IMG/VR virus record: IMGVR_UViG_3300037483_000699
Coordinates: 1 to 57,802 of that record
Source: a virus
DNA length: 57,802 nucleotides
Reading direction: 5' to 3' (one strand)
Under the pieces are notes generated by a model, which was not told the origin of the DNA, did not search any database, and worked only from the letters and a program-made list of their open reading frames with translations. A program made the translations under genes and the position numbers. Of the stretch, positions 16,024 to 22,939 are shown piece after piece; positions within the stretch are counted from its first letter, which is position 1; every line of letters begins with the position of its first letter.

Positions 16024-16347
16024 ATGAAGATCGTGTTGCGCGTCGAGGGTCTGGGCCATGTCCCATCCTTCAAAAACTCGAAGGTAATCGGCCAGCGCCG
16101 GCTGTTCACCAAGCCCGAGTACCGCCTTTGGATGGACCGGGTCACCCGGAGTTTCGAGTCTCAGTTGTTGTTGGCGTTTCAGACAACCGACGCCGGGACC
16201 TGGACGGCGCACTCAGCACCCTCCTTGACTGTCTGGTGGAAGCGTTTCGACGACTCCCACCAATGGGTCCCGGAGTTGAACATCGAACGGATCCAGGTCC
16301 CCAAGGGCAAGGAAGGGGCTGTAGTGATGATTGAAAGCCTCGAATGA
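16024..16347 (+). CDS. rusA: RusA-like Holliday-junction resolvase, with its conserved catalytic segment in a different reading frame
   Basis: Frame of 16024 gives VPSFKNSK...EYRLWMDRV and FDDSHQWV...KGKEGAVVMIESLE. The RRRDLDGALSTLLDCLVEA motif is encoded in the frame of ORF 15990-16334. Confidence 0.5.
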   Translation: MKIVLRVEGLGHVPSFKNSKVIGQRRLFTKPEYRLWMDRVTRSFESQLLLAFQTTDAGTWTAHSAPSLTVWWKRFDDSHQWVPELNIERIQVPKGKEGAVVMIESLE

Positions 16348-16475
16348 TGGTCACCACACCCGCCAGAGTGGCCCAGCCGGTGCGCTGGGCTTGCGCTGTG
16401 AGGCGTTTGAGGGGTGGGCCGCCCTTGGGACAGCGGGTTTTGCCTCCGACGCCTTGTAGGGCGTCCTGGAGGCCC

Positions 16476-16715
16476 CTACCGCGCCGCCCGCGGCGCGTGC
16501 TCGAACAGCTTCTCGTAAGGCAGCCCTGTGCGCTCGATGATCTGGGCGATGGTCGGGCCGTGGAGCTGGTGCGTGCCCTCCAGGAAGCGGCGCAGGCTGC
16601 GATACTCGATGCCCCAGGCCGTCGCCGCGGCGTAGATCGAGCCATGGATCCTGGCCACGAGGTCTGAAAACAGCGGCGAGGGCGTGACGGTGTAGCGTGG
16701 TTTGGGCGTCTTCAT
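16476..16715 (-). CDS. XRE-family helix-turn-helix regulator (79 aa)
   Basis: AAATAWGIEYRSLRRFLEG..HGPTIAQIIERTGLPYEKLF. Has its own promoter-like element. Confidence 0.6.
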   Translation of the reverse strand: MKTPKPRYTVTPSPLFSDLVARIHGSIYAAATAWGIEYRSLRRFLEGTHQLHGPTIAQIIERTGLPYEKLFEHAPRAAR

Positions 16716-16721
16716 GGTGGC

Positions 16722-16750
16722 AGTTTCCTCTTTTGGGTGTCGTGTGTCAA
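16722..16750 (-). promoter_or_regulatory. Candidate promoter for the XRE gene (leaderless geometry, GAAACT box)
   Basis: Minus strand reads TTGACA-17 nt-GAAACT-6 nt-ATG(16715). Confidence 0.45.
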
Positions 16751-16786
16751 TGCAGGGCTTTGGACGTATTGGCGACATTGGCGCCC

Positions 16787-16960
16787 TCACAGGTTGGCAA
16801 CCGACAACACCACGGCGGCCAGGGCCAGGAGGACGAGCGCGACGGCGCGGCCGTTCCATAGGACGCCGTCGGCGTCGGACCAGAGGTTGCCGGGCCGGCA
16901 GCGCCAGCCGATGACCCAGCCGGCGTACAGCGCGGCCAAGGCGAAAAGGGTGGTTCTCAC
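16787..16960 (-). CDS. Small two-TM membrane protein (57 aa, GTG start, not in the ORF track)
   Basis: Hand translation: VRTTLFALAALYAGWVIGW...AVALVLLALAAVVLSVANL. GTGA junction with the upstream stop. Confidence 0.4.
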   Translation of the reverse strand: MRTTLFALAALYAGWVIGWRCRPGNLWSDADGVLWNGRAVALVLLALAAVVLSVANL

Positions 16961-17220
16961 GCGGCGCCTTTCTCTTTCTGCCGTTCAACCGCCTGTTGCT
17001 GCTGGTAGCTCGTGTCGCTCCAGCGCCAGTCGCCGTCGGCCACACGCACCCACCACTTGCTCGGGTTGTCTGGGTCTTGCGCGTGCCATCCGGGACAGCG
17101 CCCGGAGTCTCCGCACACTGTGCAGTTGCCGGCTGCGTCAAACACCGCACGGATTGGGGTCAGCCCCTCGGCCGCTATTTCCCGCTTCATTTGCGCTTTG
17201 AAAGCCCGATAGGTCTTCAC
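16957..17220 (-). CDS. Hypothetical Cys-containing protein (87 aa with the GTG start; alternative ATG at 17190)
   Basis: GTGA junction with 17217-17711. Part of ORF 16957-17259. Confidence 0.5.
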   Translation of the reverse strand: MKTYRAFKAQMKREIAAEGLTPIRAVFDAAGNCTVCGDSGRCPGWHAQDPDNPSKWWVRVADGDWRWSDTSYQQQQAVERQKEKGAA

Positions 17221-17711
17221 TTCCCACCGCCTTCCAGCGCGGCGTCGGAGGCAGCGCAAGCGCCTTCCATGTCGATCCTGGGCTTGTTGTAACGATTGTT
17301 AGTCATCGCCAACCGTGCCAGCTTCAGCGCCTCGCGCAGCCGGTCCCGCTCCGCCTTTGCGTCTGAAAGCATCGTGTCGAGCTTGGGAATGAATGCGCGA
17401 GCTGCCAGCAGCTCCTCACGATCCGCCTCCCCCTCCGCCGCCTTGCGCTGGAAGAACAGCGCCGCCGTCGTCTTGCGGTCAAGCTGCTCGTGCAGATTGT
17501 CCCGCTCCGTTCGCAGCGCCGCCAGTTCGGCGGCTGGGTCTTCCATGCCCGCGCCGGCGTTCACGCAAGCGCAGATGCGGTCTGCGTCCGCGTCTCTCGT
17601 CCGCTGATAGCCCGCTTCCATGACCGCCACGAGTCGGCCATCCGCACCCCGTACGGCTCGCTGCCCATCGGGGTCTTTGCCCGTCTTCCAAGGTTCTGCT
17701 GTGTGGTTCAT
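17217..17711 (-). CDS. Hypothetical protein (164 aa)
   Basis: ORF track. Confidence 0.6.
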   Translation of the reverse strand: MNHTAEPWKTGKDPDGQRAVRGADGRLVAVMEAGYQRTRDADADRICACVNAGAGMEDPAAELAALRTERDNLHEQLDRKTTAALFFQRKAAEGEADREELLAARAFIPKLDTMLSDAKAERDRLREALKLARLAMTNNRYNKPRIDMEGACAASDAALEGGGK

Positions 17712-17714
17712 AGT

Positions 17715-18053
17715 TCAGCCTTTCCCGAGGGTTACGGTTTGCCCGCACGTTGAAACCTCGAACTGTTCGCCCCGCCGGGCGATGACCTTGGCCGCGTCCG
17801 CAGTGATAACCGCCCGAAACGCTGCCGGGCAATCGCGCTCGAATTGCACCTCCAGTTCCCGGTACGGCAGGAATGCCAAACGAGCATAGTCGCCGGCCAC
17901 GGCCCGGCCCTTGTCAGCGTAAACGATCCCGCACGGGAACACCCCGGCGAAGAGCCGATTTCGCGCCTTTTCTGCATCGGCCAGCGTTTGAGACTCCTGC
18001 GTTATGCGGGCGTAGCGGTTTCTGACTGTCTTCCAACTGGGTTGCCTTCTCAT
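17715..18053 (-). CDS. Hypothetical protein (112 aa)
   Basis: ORF track, preceded by ACAACGAAAGGAACC. Confidence 0.6.
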   Translation of the reverse strand: MRRQPSWKTVRNRYARITQESQTLADAEKARNRLFAGVFPCGIVYADKGRAVAGDYARLAFLPYRELEVQFERDCPAAFRAVITADAAKVIARRGEQFEVSTCGQTVTLGKG

Positions 18054-18068
18054 GGTTCCTTTCGTTGT

Positions 18069-18104
18069 CCGCTGATCGCGGAGAGAGCCGGCCCGTAAGC
18101 CGGC
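18069..18104 (-). promoter_or_regulatory. Intercistronic double hairpin (CCGC-GAUCA-GCGG and GCCGGC(U)-UACG-(G)GCCGGC)
   Basis: Lies between the stop at 18117 and the RBS of 18053. RNA-sense UNCG tetraloop. Confidence 0.5.
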
Positions 18105-18116
18105 CTTGCTCCGGGG

Positions 18117-18257
18117 TCAGTAGCAGACTGCAACGCCGCGAGTGTAAACGCTGTCCACGTTCTCCCCCGCCGCGACTTGCGACTTGCGCAGGATGTAGAG
18201 GTTACACCCTCGGCAATCGCCCTGTCGGTAGGCCAGCAGCCGCTTGTGCCCGGCCAT
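18117..18257 (-). CDS. Possible micro-protein (46 aa, not in the ORF track)
   Basis: Hand translation: MAGHKRLLAYRQGDCRGCNLYILRK... It fills the gap between 18288 and the hairpin. Confidence 0.35.
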   Translation of the reverse strand: MAGHKRLLAYRQGDCRGCNLYILRKSQVAAGENVDSVYTRGVAVCY

Positions 18258-18287
18258 GATCTTGCCCAGCCGCTTCAATGCGCCCGC

Positions 18288-18527
18288 TTACCGGTCTTGG
18301 ATCGGCTCGCGCCTCTCGCTCTGCGCGCTCTGCGCGCTCTGCCAGTAGGGTTTACCGGTCTCATCATCCCGGCAGATACAGCCGCGCTCGTTACCGCACT
18401 CCTGCTCACCCCAGCGCTGGAGCGTGCGCTCGATCCGCAACAGCGAATCAGTTTCCCCGTCCTCGAATCCCATTGCCCCCAGCGCCCGATACAGCGCCAG
18501 CATGTTTCGCCTTTCGCTCTTGTTCAT
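18288..18527 (-). CDS. Hypothetical protein (79 aa; alternative start at 18503)
   Basis: ORF track. Two tandem GAAAGGCGA-N-ATG start contexts. Confidence 0.55.
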   Translation of the reverse strand: MNKSERRNMLALYRALGAMGFEDGETDSLLRIERTLQRWGEQECGNERGCICRDDETGKPYWQSAQSAQSERREPIQDR

Positions 18528-18545
18528 TCTCTCGCCTTTCGTTGT

Positions 18546-18557
18546 GGCCCGTAGGCC
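18546..18557 (-). promoter_or_regulatory. Intercistronic tetraloop hairpin GGCC-UACG-GGCC
   Basis: Lies 3 nt after the TAA stop at 18561 and is followed by ACAACGAAAGGCGAGAGA-ATG. Confidence 0.5.
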
Positions 18558-18560
18558 GGT

Positions 18561-19205
18561 TTACTCACCCGCAAGTTGAGACTGTAAAGCAGGGTTGTCT
18601 TCAGCCGATAATTGCGGCACCGTCCACTTCGGCAACGACCATGCCTGACCAGAGTGGGCTGCGCTTGCCGCGTTGCGTCCTTCGTTTGTTATCGCGCCGG
18701 CAGAATTCAGAAGCCCCATTGCGATAAGCTCCGCCCTGGCTTGGTTCCATTCCGGCGCCGGAAGCCCGATTTCATCCTGTGCCATTTGCTGGCGGTTCTT
18801 CCCGTTGTAGGACGACTTACGCTCTCGGGTGAACACCAACACCGCGACTTGCGCCTTGGTGAAGTTCCGCGCCGGAGGCAGCATCTTTTGCAGGTTCTCC
18901 GCGTTTACGCTCACTGTCAAACCAAGGTCTTTCCCACAGAAGATTGTGTGTCGAACAATCGCCCAATTTGCCGGCAGGGTGCTGGCCTGAAAGACTTCCG
19001 GCATGAACGGTGTTCCATTCTCCGGTACCGGGAAGGACTGGCCGCTTTGCAGGTTCACCGCAACGTAGTAGGCGCGACTTCCACCAGACCAGTAAGAATC
19101 GCACCGCATAGGGCCGGCGAACGGCTCAACCTTGAATGTCCTACCGGAGTACGAAGGGAATGCCACTAGAGCAATCCGCTTTAGTTCGCTGTCGTTTGAG
19201 TACAT
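18561..19205 (-). CDS. Hypothetical protein (214 aa)
   Basis: ORF track. Confidence 0.65.
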   Translation of the reverse strand: MYSNDSELKRIALVAFPSYSGRTFKVEPFAGPMRCDSYWSGGSRAYYVAVNLQSGQSFPVPENGTPFMPEVFQASTLPANWAIVRHTIFCGKDLGLTVSVNAENLQKMLPPARNFTKAQVAVLVFTRERKSSYNGKNRQQMAQDEIGLPAPEWNQARAELIAMGLLNSAGAITNEGRNAASAAHSGQAWSLPKWTVPQLSAEDNPALQSQLAGE

Positions 19206-19428
19206 GTTTGCCTTTCTGGCCTCGCGGCCGGGTTATTGCGTGAACGAAGAAACCGGATCGCACGCCATCAATCCAATCTGTGTCTGATTGGGCGTCCTGA
19301 TCCGGGTTAGGATACCTCTCTAGTAGCTGGTCATCCGTCATTGCATCCAGCCTGATCAGGTGGTCCGTCTCGGTTGGGGTGTGGATGCAGGGTTGAACCA
19401 TTCCGCACGGGCAGATTTGAGTGCTCAT
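19141..19428 (-). CDS. Hypothetical Cys-containing protein (95 aa) that reads through the junction cassette and overlaps the next gene by 64 nt
   Basis: ORF track. The cassette TAA at 19233 is out of frame here. Confidence 0.5.
   Translation of the reverse strand: MSTQICPCGMVQPCIHTPTETDHLIRLDAMTDDQLLERYPNPDQDAQSDTDWIDGVRSGFFVHAITRPRGQKGKHVLKRQRTKADCSSGIPFVLR
19203..19235 (-). repeat. 33-bp perfect direct repeat (junction cassette), copy 1
   Basis: catgtttgcctttctggcctcgcggccgggtta is identical to 19426-19458. Contains the GGCC-GCGA-GGCC hairpin at 19218-19229. Confidence 0.9.
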
Positions 19429-19458
19429 GTTTGCCTTTCTGGCCTCGCGGCCGGGTTA
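19426..19458 (-). repeat. 33-bp perfect direct repeat (junction cassette), copy 2
   Basis: Identical to 19203-19235. Contains the GGCC-GCGA-GGCC hairpin at 19441-19452. Confidence 0.9.
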
Positions 19459-19680
19459 CTTCACACTGAACACCCCGCACAGCAACCACGGTGCGCTGTA
19501 GCGCTGGGAGCCGTCCCGCGCCCGCTCAACCTCGCCCGTCTCGTCCAACAGGATCAGCCGGCACGCGTTGGGGTCACCGTCCGGAAGCGCCAGGCTCTTC
19601 CGATCCGCCGCAGGGATTGTGTCGTCCGCAAGCCTCAGCGTTTCTTCCAGACTCGCTGTTCGTGTTCTAATTGCTCTCAT
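19456..19680 (-). CDS. Hypothetical protein (74 aa)
   Basis: ATG 19680 within ORF 19456-19872, preceded by the hairpin-RBS cassette. Confidence 0.55.
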   Translation of the reverse strand: MRAIRTRTASLEETLRLADDTIPAADRKSLALPDGDPNACRLILLDETGEVERARDGSQRYSAPWLLCGVFSVK

Positions 19681-19696
19681 TCTCGCCTTTCGTTGT

Positions 19697-19708
19697 GCGC
19701 TCTCGCGC
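19697..19708 (-). promoter_or_regulatory. Intercistronic tetraloop hairpin GCGC-GAGA-GCGC
   Basis: Lies between the TAA stop at 19712 and ACAACGAAAGGCGAGA-ATG(19680). Confidence 0.5.
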
Positions 19709-19711
19709 GGT

Positions 19712-19915
19712 TTACTGCTCCGAAATCGACCTGGCTTCCCGCTCCACCTCGTCAAAAGCCCGCGCCAGCTCGCCGGCCAACCCGCGCCGGCAGCCATGCC
19801 AGGCTTCGGCTGCGCGCACGAGCCAGACCGGACTGGTGACCCAGTCCAGTTGGTAGCCCATCGCTGCGTCAAGCTCGGCCACGAGCGCGTTGAGGGTTTC
19901 GATTGCTGGTGTCAT
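19712..19915 (-). CDS. Hypothetical protein (67 aa)
   Basis: ATG 19915 within ORF 19712-20056. AAGGAA lies upstream. Confidence 0.55.
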   Translation of the reverse strand: MTPAIETLNALVAELDAAMGYQLDWVTSPVWLVRAAEAWHGCRRGLAGELARAFDEVEREARSISEQ

Positions 19916-19923
19916 GTTTCCTT

Positions 19924-20364
19924 TCACGCAGGCACCGCATTGGACTCTTCCCGTTGGGATTTGCACTCGGCCGCATAAGCTTCGTACAGGCGGCAGAGGT
20001 CGCAGCATTCCTCGACTCCGATGGAGATTCGGAGCATATCGTTTGCCTCGACCCAAACGCCATCAGGATCGTTGGCGAGGGTTTGCAGCAAGGTCAAAAA
20101 CATGTACCGCTCACTGAAGCTAACGATTGCGTGAAACTCCCGCTTGAACGCGGTGTAGGCCGGCCGTTCAGACTGCCACCGCTCAGAAAACGCCTTGCGC
20201 TCTGCCGCGTGGGCCACGAGATCCACGCCCGGCTTGACCTTGCGCCAGAGCTTCCAGCCGTTACCCTGGTTGCGCAGAATCTTGCCGTCTGAGAAATACG
20301 CTATCTTGTCCGCAAGCCGCTCGATCCTAAGAAACTCTTCGCCGTGTTTGCTGATAGTTGCCAT
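19924..20364 (-). CDS. Hypothetical protein (146 aa)
   Basis: ATG 20364 within ORF 19924-20412. Confidence 0.6.
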   Translation of the reverse strand: MATISKHGEEFLRIERLADKIAYFSDGKILRNQGNGWKLWRKVKPGVDLVAHAAERKAFSERWQSERPAYTAFKREFHAIVSFSERYMFLTLLQTLANDPDGVWVEANDMLRISIGVEECCDLCRLYEAYAAECKSQREESNAVPA

Positions 20365-20381
20365 GTTTCGCCTTTCTTGGT

Positions 20382-20393
20382 GCGCTCTCGCGC
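20382..20393 (-). promoter_or_regulatory. Intercistronic tetraloop hairpin GCGC-GAGA-GCGC
   Basis: Lies between the TGA stop at 20396 and ACCAAGAAAGGCGAAAC-ATG(20364). Confidence 0.5.
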
Positions 20394-20395
20394 GT

Positions 20396-20602
20396 TCACT
20401 GACACTCCGCACAGTACTTGACCCTCATCGGCACGAGTTCATTGCAGCCCGCGCATTCGTGCAGCGCGTTCGGACAGCCGGACTCGTGACAGGGCGTACC
20501 TTGTATCACCATTGCCTCACACTGAGAACACGCTACCCGCACGCTGCCCGTTCGTTGTTGGGACTGGTCAAAGCCCAACGCTTTCAGTTGGTTCAGGTTC
20601 AT
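20396..20602 (-). CDS. Zinc-ribbon-like protein (68 aa)
   Basis: ATG 20602 within ORF 20396-20710. Motifs CSQC...C...C..C..CAGC...CAEC. Confidence 0.6.
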   Translation of the reverse strand: MNLNQLKALGFDQSQQRTGSVRVACSQCEAMVIQGTPCHESGCPNALHECAGCNELVPMRVKYCAECQ

Positions 20603-20631
20603 ATTCGCCTTTCGCGTGGTTTGGTTGACTG

Positions 20632-20820
20632 TCACCCGTTCATGCCGTAGTCGTAATCTCCGCCGCCTCCGCGCTTCGCCCAACGGTCCCAACCAGCTCG
20701 CCGCCGCCACTCCACGGCTACGCTGCGCGTGCCATCGGTCGCCTGCTGCGTCTGCTGCGTCTGCTGCTGCGCGGTCATCCGCTCTTGGTGCGCTTTCGCG
20801 CGCTTTTGTGATTTAGTCAT
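20632..20820 (-). CDS. First gene of the second leftward operon; Gln-rich small protein (62 aa; alternative start at 20778)
   Basis: ATG 20820 within ORF 20632-20871. A GCGC-GAAA-GCGC hairpin at 20790-20801 precedes the alternative ATG. Confidence 0.5.
   Translation of the reverse strand: MTKSQKRAKAHQERMTAQQQTQQTQQATDGTRSVAVEWRRRAGWDRWAKRGGGGDYDYGMNG
20790..20801 (-). promoter_or_regulatory. Tetraloop hairpin GCGC-GAAA-GCGC near the 5' end of the operon
   Basis: Same cassette design as 19697 and 20382, followed by ACCAAGAGCGG-ATG(20778). Confidence 0.4.
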
Positions 20821-20827
20821 GCCCCCA

Positions 20828-20857
20828 CCCCTAGCCTCCGCCGTGCCAACCATCCAA
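20828..20857 (-). promoter_or_regulatory. Weak candidate promoter for the second leftward operon
   Basis: Minus strand reads TTGGAT-18 nt-TAGGGG-7 nt-ATG(20820). The -10 region resembles that of 22182. Confidence 0.3.
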
Positions 20858-21135
20858 ACCCTAACCACCAACGGTTTACGCGACTACACCAACTTGAGAC
20901 AAAAGCCCGTTTTCGTGTCCATTTGCCTCGTTCCTAGACATTTGGACATTACGCTAGGCATTGCATCCGCAAGGTATTCGGTAAAGCATACACTCTCACC
21001 TGCCGCTTTCATTGGACGTTATCGTTAATCCCGCCAAACCGTAAGCTCTACCTACACCACAAGAGGGTCGAACCGTACCCGCTGTATCCCGCGCCCGGTG
21101 GGCTTTCCGCGTACTCCACGCCACCCGCACGCCTT

Positions 21136-21150
21136 GTGCAAATTTTGCAC
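21136..21150. promoter_or_regulatory. Perfect 15-bp palindrome GTGCAAATTTTGCAC in the divergent control region (operator candidate)
   Basis: Read directly. Its right arm TTGCAC is repeated at 21169 as a -35-like box. Confidence 0.45.
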
Positions 21151-21168
21151 TCCGCCCCCGCCTATCAC

Positions 21169-21196
21169 TTGCACCCACCACTTGTCCCGCTTACGT
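21169..21196 (+). promoter_or_regulatory. Weak candidate promoter for the rightward operon
   Basis: TTGCAC-16 nt-TTACGT-6 nt-ATG(21203). Confidence 0.3.
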
Positions 21197-21202
21197 TCCG
21201 CC

Positions 21203-21484
21203 ATGCCGAACTACGGGGAAGCGTATGACGAATCGTATGCACAGCAACAGGTTCTGCTGGTTGACGCCAAGAACCTCACCTTGACACCAAGTCAGCGTGC
21301 TACCGCCTCACGTGTCTGGGTGTTGCACGAAGCACTTCGTCGAGACATCCGCGCAGGCCCGAAGCTGAACGGCCGGCGGCCGAAGCCCGAGCGCAAGGCA
21401 CGTCCGGCGCCTGTGGTGCCCGTGCTCCCGCCCGAGCCTGCTGCTGCGCCTGGGCCAGAGCCTGTGCAAGGCCCTTCGGTGTAG
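21203..21484 (+). CDS. Hypothetical protein (93 aa, Pro/Ala-rich C-terminus)
   Basis: First ATG of ORF 21098-21484. Confidence 0.5.
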   Translation: MPNYGEAYDESYAQQQVLLVDAKNLTLTPSQRATASRVWVLHEALRRDIRAGPKLNGRRPKPERKARPAPVVPVLPPEPAAAPGPEPVQGPSV

Positions 21485-21606
21485 CTGCTGCTCTCACCTG
21501 CGGGCGAAGCCCTATTGCTCACGAACGGCACGCGCTTCAGGAATGCGGGGGATTCTAAGGGGGTTCAGCGGTGAAGTGTCGAGCTTAAATGTGGCCCTAT
21601 TGCGAG

Positions 21607-21649
21607 TAGGGCCATTCGGCCCTATCATGACTAGGGCCATTCGGCCCTA
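21607..21649. repeat. Two copies of the 18-bp palindrome TAGGGCC-ATTC-GGCCCTA at 25-bp spacing, flanked by GGCCCTATTGC half-sites
   Basis: Copies at 21607-21624 and 21632-21649. Further (G)GCCCTATTGC sites at 21509 and 21593. Confidence 0.85.
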
Positions 21650-22115
21650 TTGCTCTTCGCTCCGCCGGGCCCGCAGGCTGCGCACTCGCCCATCTGCGTC
21701 ATGCCCGGAGGGCAAGCGCACCGCGCTAGTACTGCCCTGTCCTGATGCTCTGCTCCTGGCCCCACGCACACCCACCCACAGACGGGGGCCGGCACCGAAC
21801 GCGGTAAGCGGGAACGCGAAGTACAGCGCACCGCGCGTAGCCGGCCCGACGCTGAGCCTGTACGCTACCACCACGAAGCCGTCAGGAGTCTCCTTGGGAG
21901 CCAGACCGTCCCGGCGGGCGGCCCCCGGGAGGGGCTGGACGGGTGAGCGTGCGGTAGTAGTAGCTCCCGCGTGTACTCGAGGAGACTTCCCAAGAATTCC
22001 TTGGGGTTGGTGCAGGGAACCTCTTTTTTGGGTGGGGTAGGGCAGGGTGTTCCACGTGGAGATGGGTAGCGAGGGGAGGTAAAATGAAAGGTCGTACTGA
22101 GTATGAGTACTGAGG

Positions 22116-22142
22116 GGCTTACCGCGGCTTACATTGGCTTAC
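22116..22142 (+). repeat. Three GGCTTAC iterons at an exact 10-bp period (a fourth GCTTAC at 22164)
   Basis: ggcttaccgc|ggcttacatt|ggcttac, read directly upstream of the promoter of 22194. Confidence 0.8.
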
Positions 22143-22158
22143 GTCAGCAAAATAATGC

Positions 22159-22187
22159 TTGACGCTTACTTTGTGGGGGTGTAGAGG
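22159..22187 (+). promoter_or_regulatory. Candidate promoter (leaderless geometry) of the winged-helix gene
   Basis: TTGACG-17 nt-TAGAGG-6 nt-ATG(22194). The GAGGTG here could alternatively act as a Shine-Dalgarno site. Confidence 0.5.
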
Positions 22188-22193
22188 TGGGGC

Positions 22194-22727
22194 ATGTATG
22201 GAAGGATATTCGAGTCGATGTTCGAGGGGAGTTTGGTGGGGAGCAGGCCGATAGTGTGGGCGGTGTGGGGGTATGTGATAGCGAAGCAGCGGAGGGACCG
22301 GGTGGTGGGGAGTCAAGTGAGGTTGAACCCGACGTTGCTGGCGACGATTTTCGGGACGACGGAGAAAGAGGTGGCAGGGGCGGTGGAGTTTCTGTGCAGT
22401 CCGGACGAGCACAGCCACAGCAAGAAGGAAGGCGGTAGGCGGTTGGTGAGGGTGGGGGAGTTCGAGTATCAGGTGGTGAATGGGGCGAAGTACATGGCGG
22501 TTCGGGATGAGGAGGACAGGCGGGCGCAGAATCGGGAGTCGCAGCGGACGTTCAGGGCGAAGCAGTCTCGGCCCGGCCGGGATGGCCGGCACCCCAAGCG
22601 TACGAAGGCGGAGCAGGCGGAGATTCGGGAGCAGGCGAATGGGATGGCGGCGGGGGCGGACACAGATGAGTTCATTCCGGCGGTAATGGAGGGCAAGGCG
22701 GCGGCGCCGGGGGAGGGCGGGGGATGA
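22194..22727 (+). CDS. Winged-helix DNA-binding protein (177 aa), paralog of 14179-15114; possible regulator or small-terminase-like role
   Basis: LCSPDEHSHSKKEGGRRLV motif shared with 14179. Basic region RRAQNRESQRTFRAKQ. Confidence 0.5.
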   Translation: MYGRIFESMFEGSLVGSRPIVWAVWGYVIAKQRRDRVVGSQVRLNPTLLATIFGTTEKEVAGAVEFLCSPDEHSHSKKEGGRRLVRVGEFEYQVVNGAKYMAVRDEEDRRAQNRESQRTFRAKQSRPGRDGRHPKRTKAEQAEIREQANGMAAGADTDEFIPAVMEGKAAAPGEGGG

Positions 22728-22939
22728 AGTATCCTGAGCCTAAACCGGGCGAGTGGCTCCGGCCTGTGCGGCGTGGTTACAAGCTGGCCTGCTGCGATTG
22801 CGGGCTCGTCCACCGGGTTGATTTCAAGCACGTGCCGTGGGGACGTGGAAGGAAGATTAGGATTCGGGTATTCCGCGACGAGCGGGCGACGGCGGCCGTT
22901 CGGCGGTGGATGAAGAAACGAAAGAAAGGCGAGGCGTGA
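22724..22939 (+). CDS. Small basic CC.C protein (71 aa)
   Basis: ORF track, ATGA junction. Confidence 0.55.
   Translation: MKYPEPKPGEWLRPVRRGYKLACCDCGLVHRVDFKHVPWGRGRKIRIRVFRDERATAAVRRWMKKRKKGEA

Noticed and set aside
15990-16334. ORF 15990-16334 as an independent 114-aa gene
   Set aside because: Only its central ~30 codons look protein-like (the RusA motif). Its ends are Pro/Gly-rich junk. I interpret it as the alternate frame of the RusA-like gene.
9432-16715. A lysogeny module (two XRE-type regulators)
   Set aside because: I could not recognise an integrase, excisionase, partition gene or CI-sized repressor, so a temperate lifestyle cannot be claimed from this sequence.
21040-21100. tRNA-like GGTTCGACC (T-arm-like) on the minus strand
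   Set aside because: I could not fold flanking acceptor, D or anticodon arms. No 5-bp T-stem pairs around the putative loop.
21593-21655. CRISPR-like repeat array
   Set aside because: There are only two full copies, 7 nt apart, each perfectly palindromic. There are no spacers and no cas genes. It fits protein-binding sites or hairpins better.
21543-22040. 165-aa plus-strand ORF in the repeat-rich spacer
   Set aside because: The translation is Arg/Pro/Ser-rich and low in complexity. It runs through the palindromes and has no start context like other genes.
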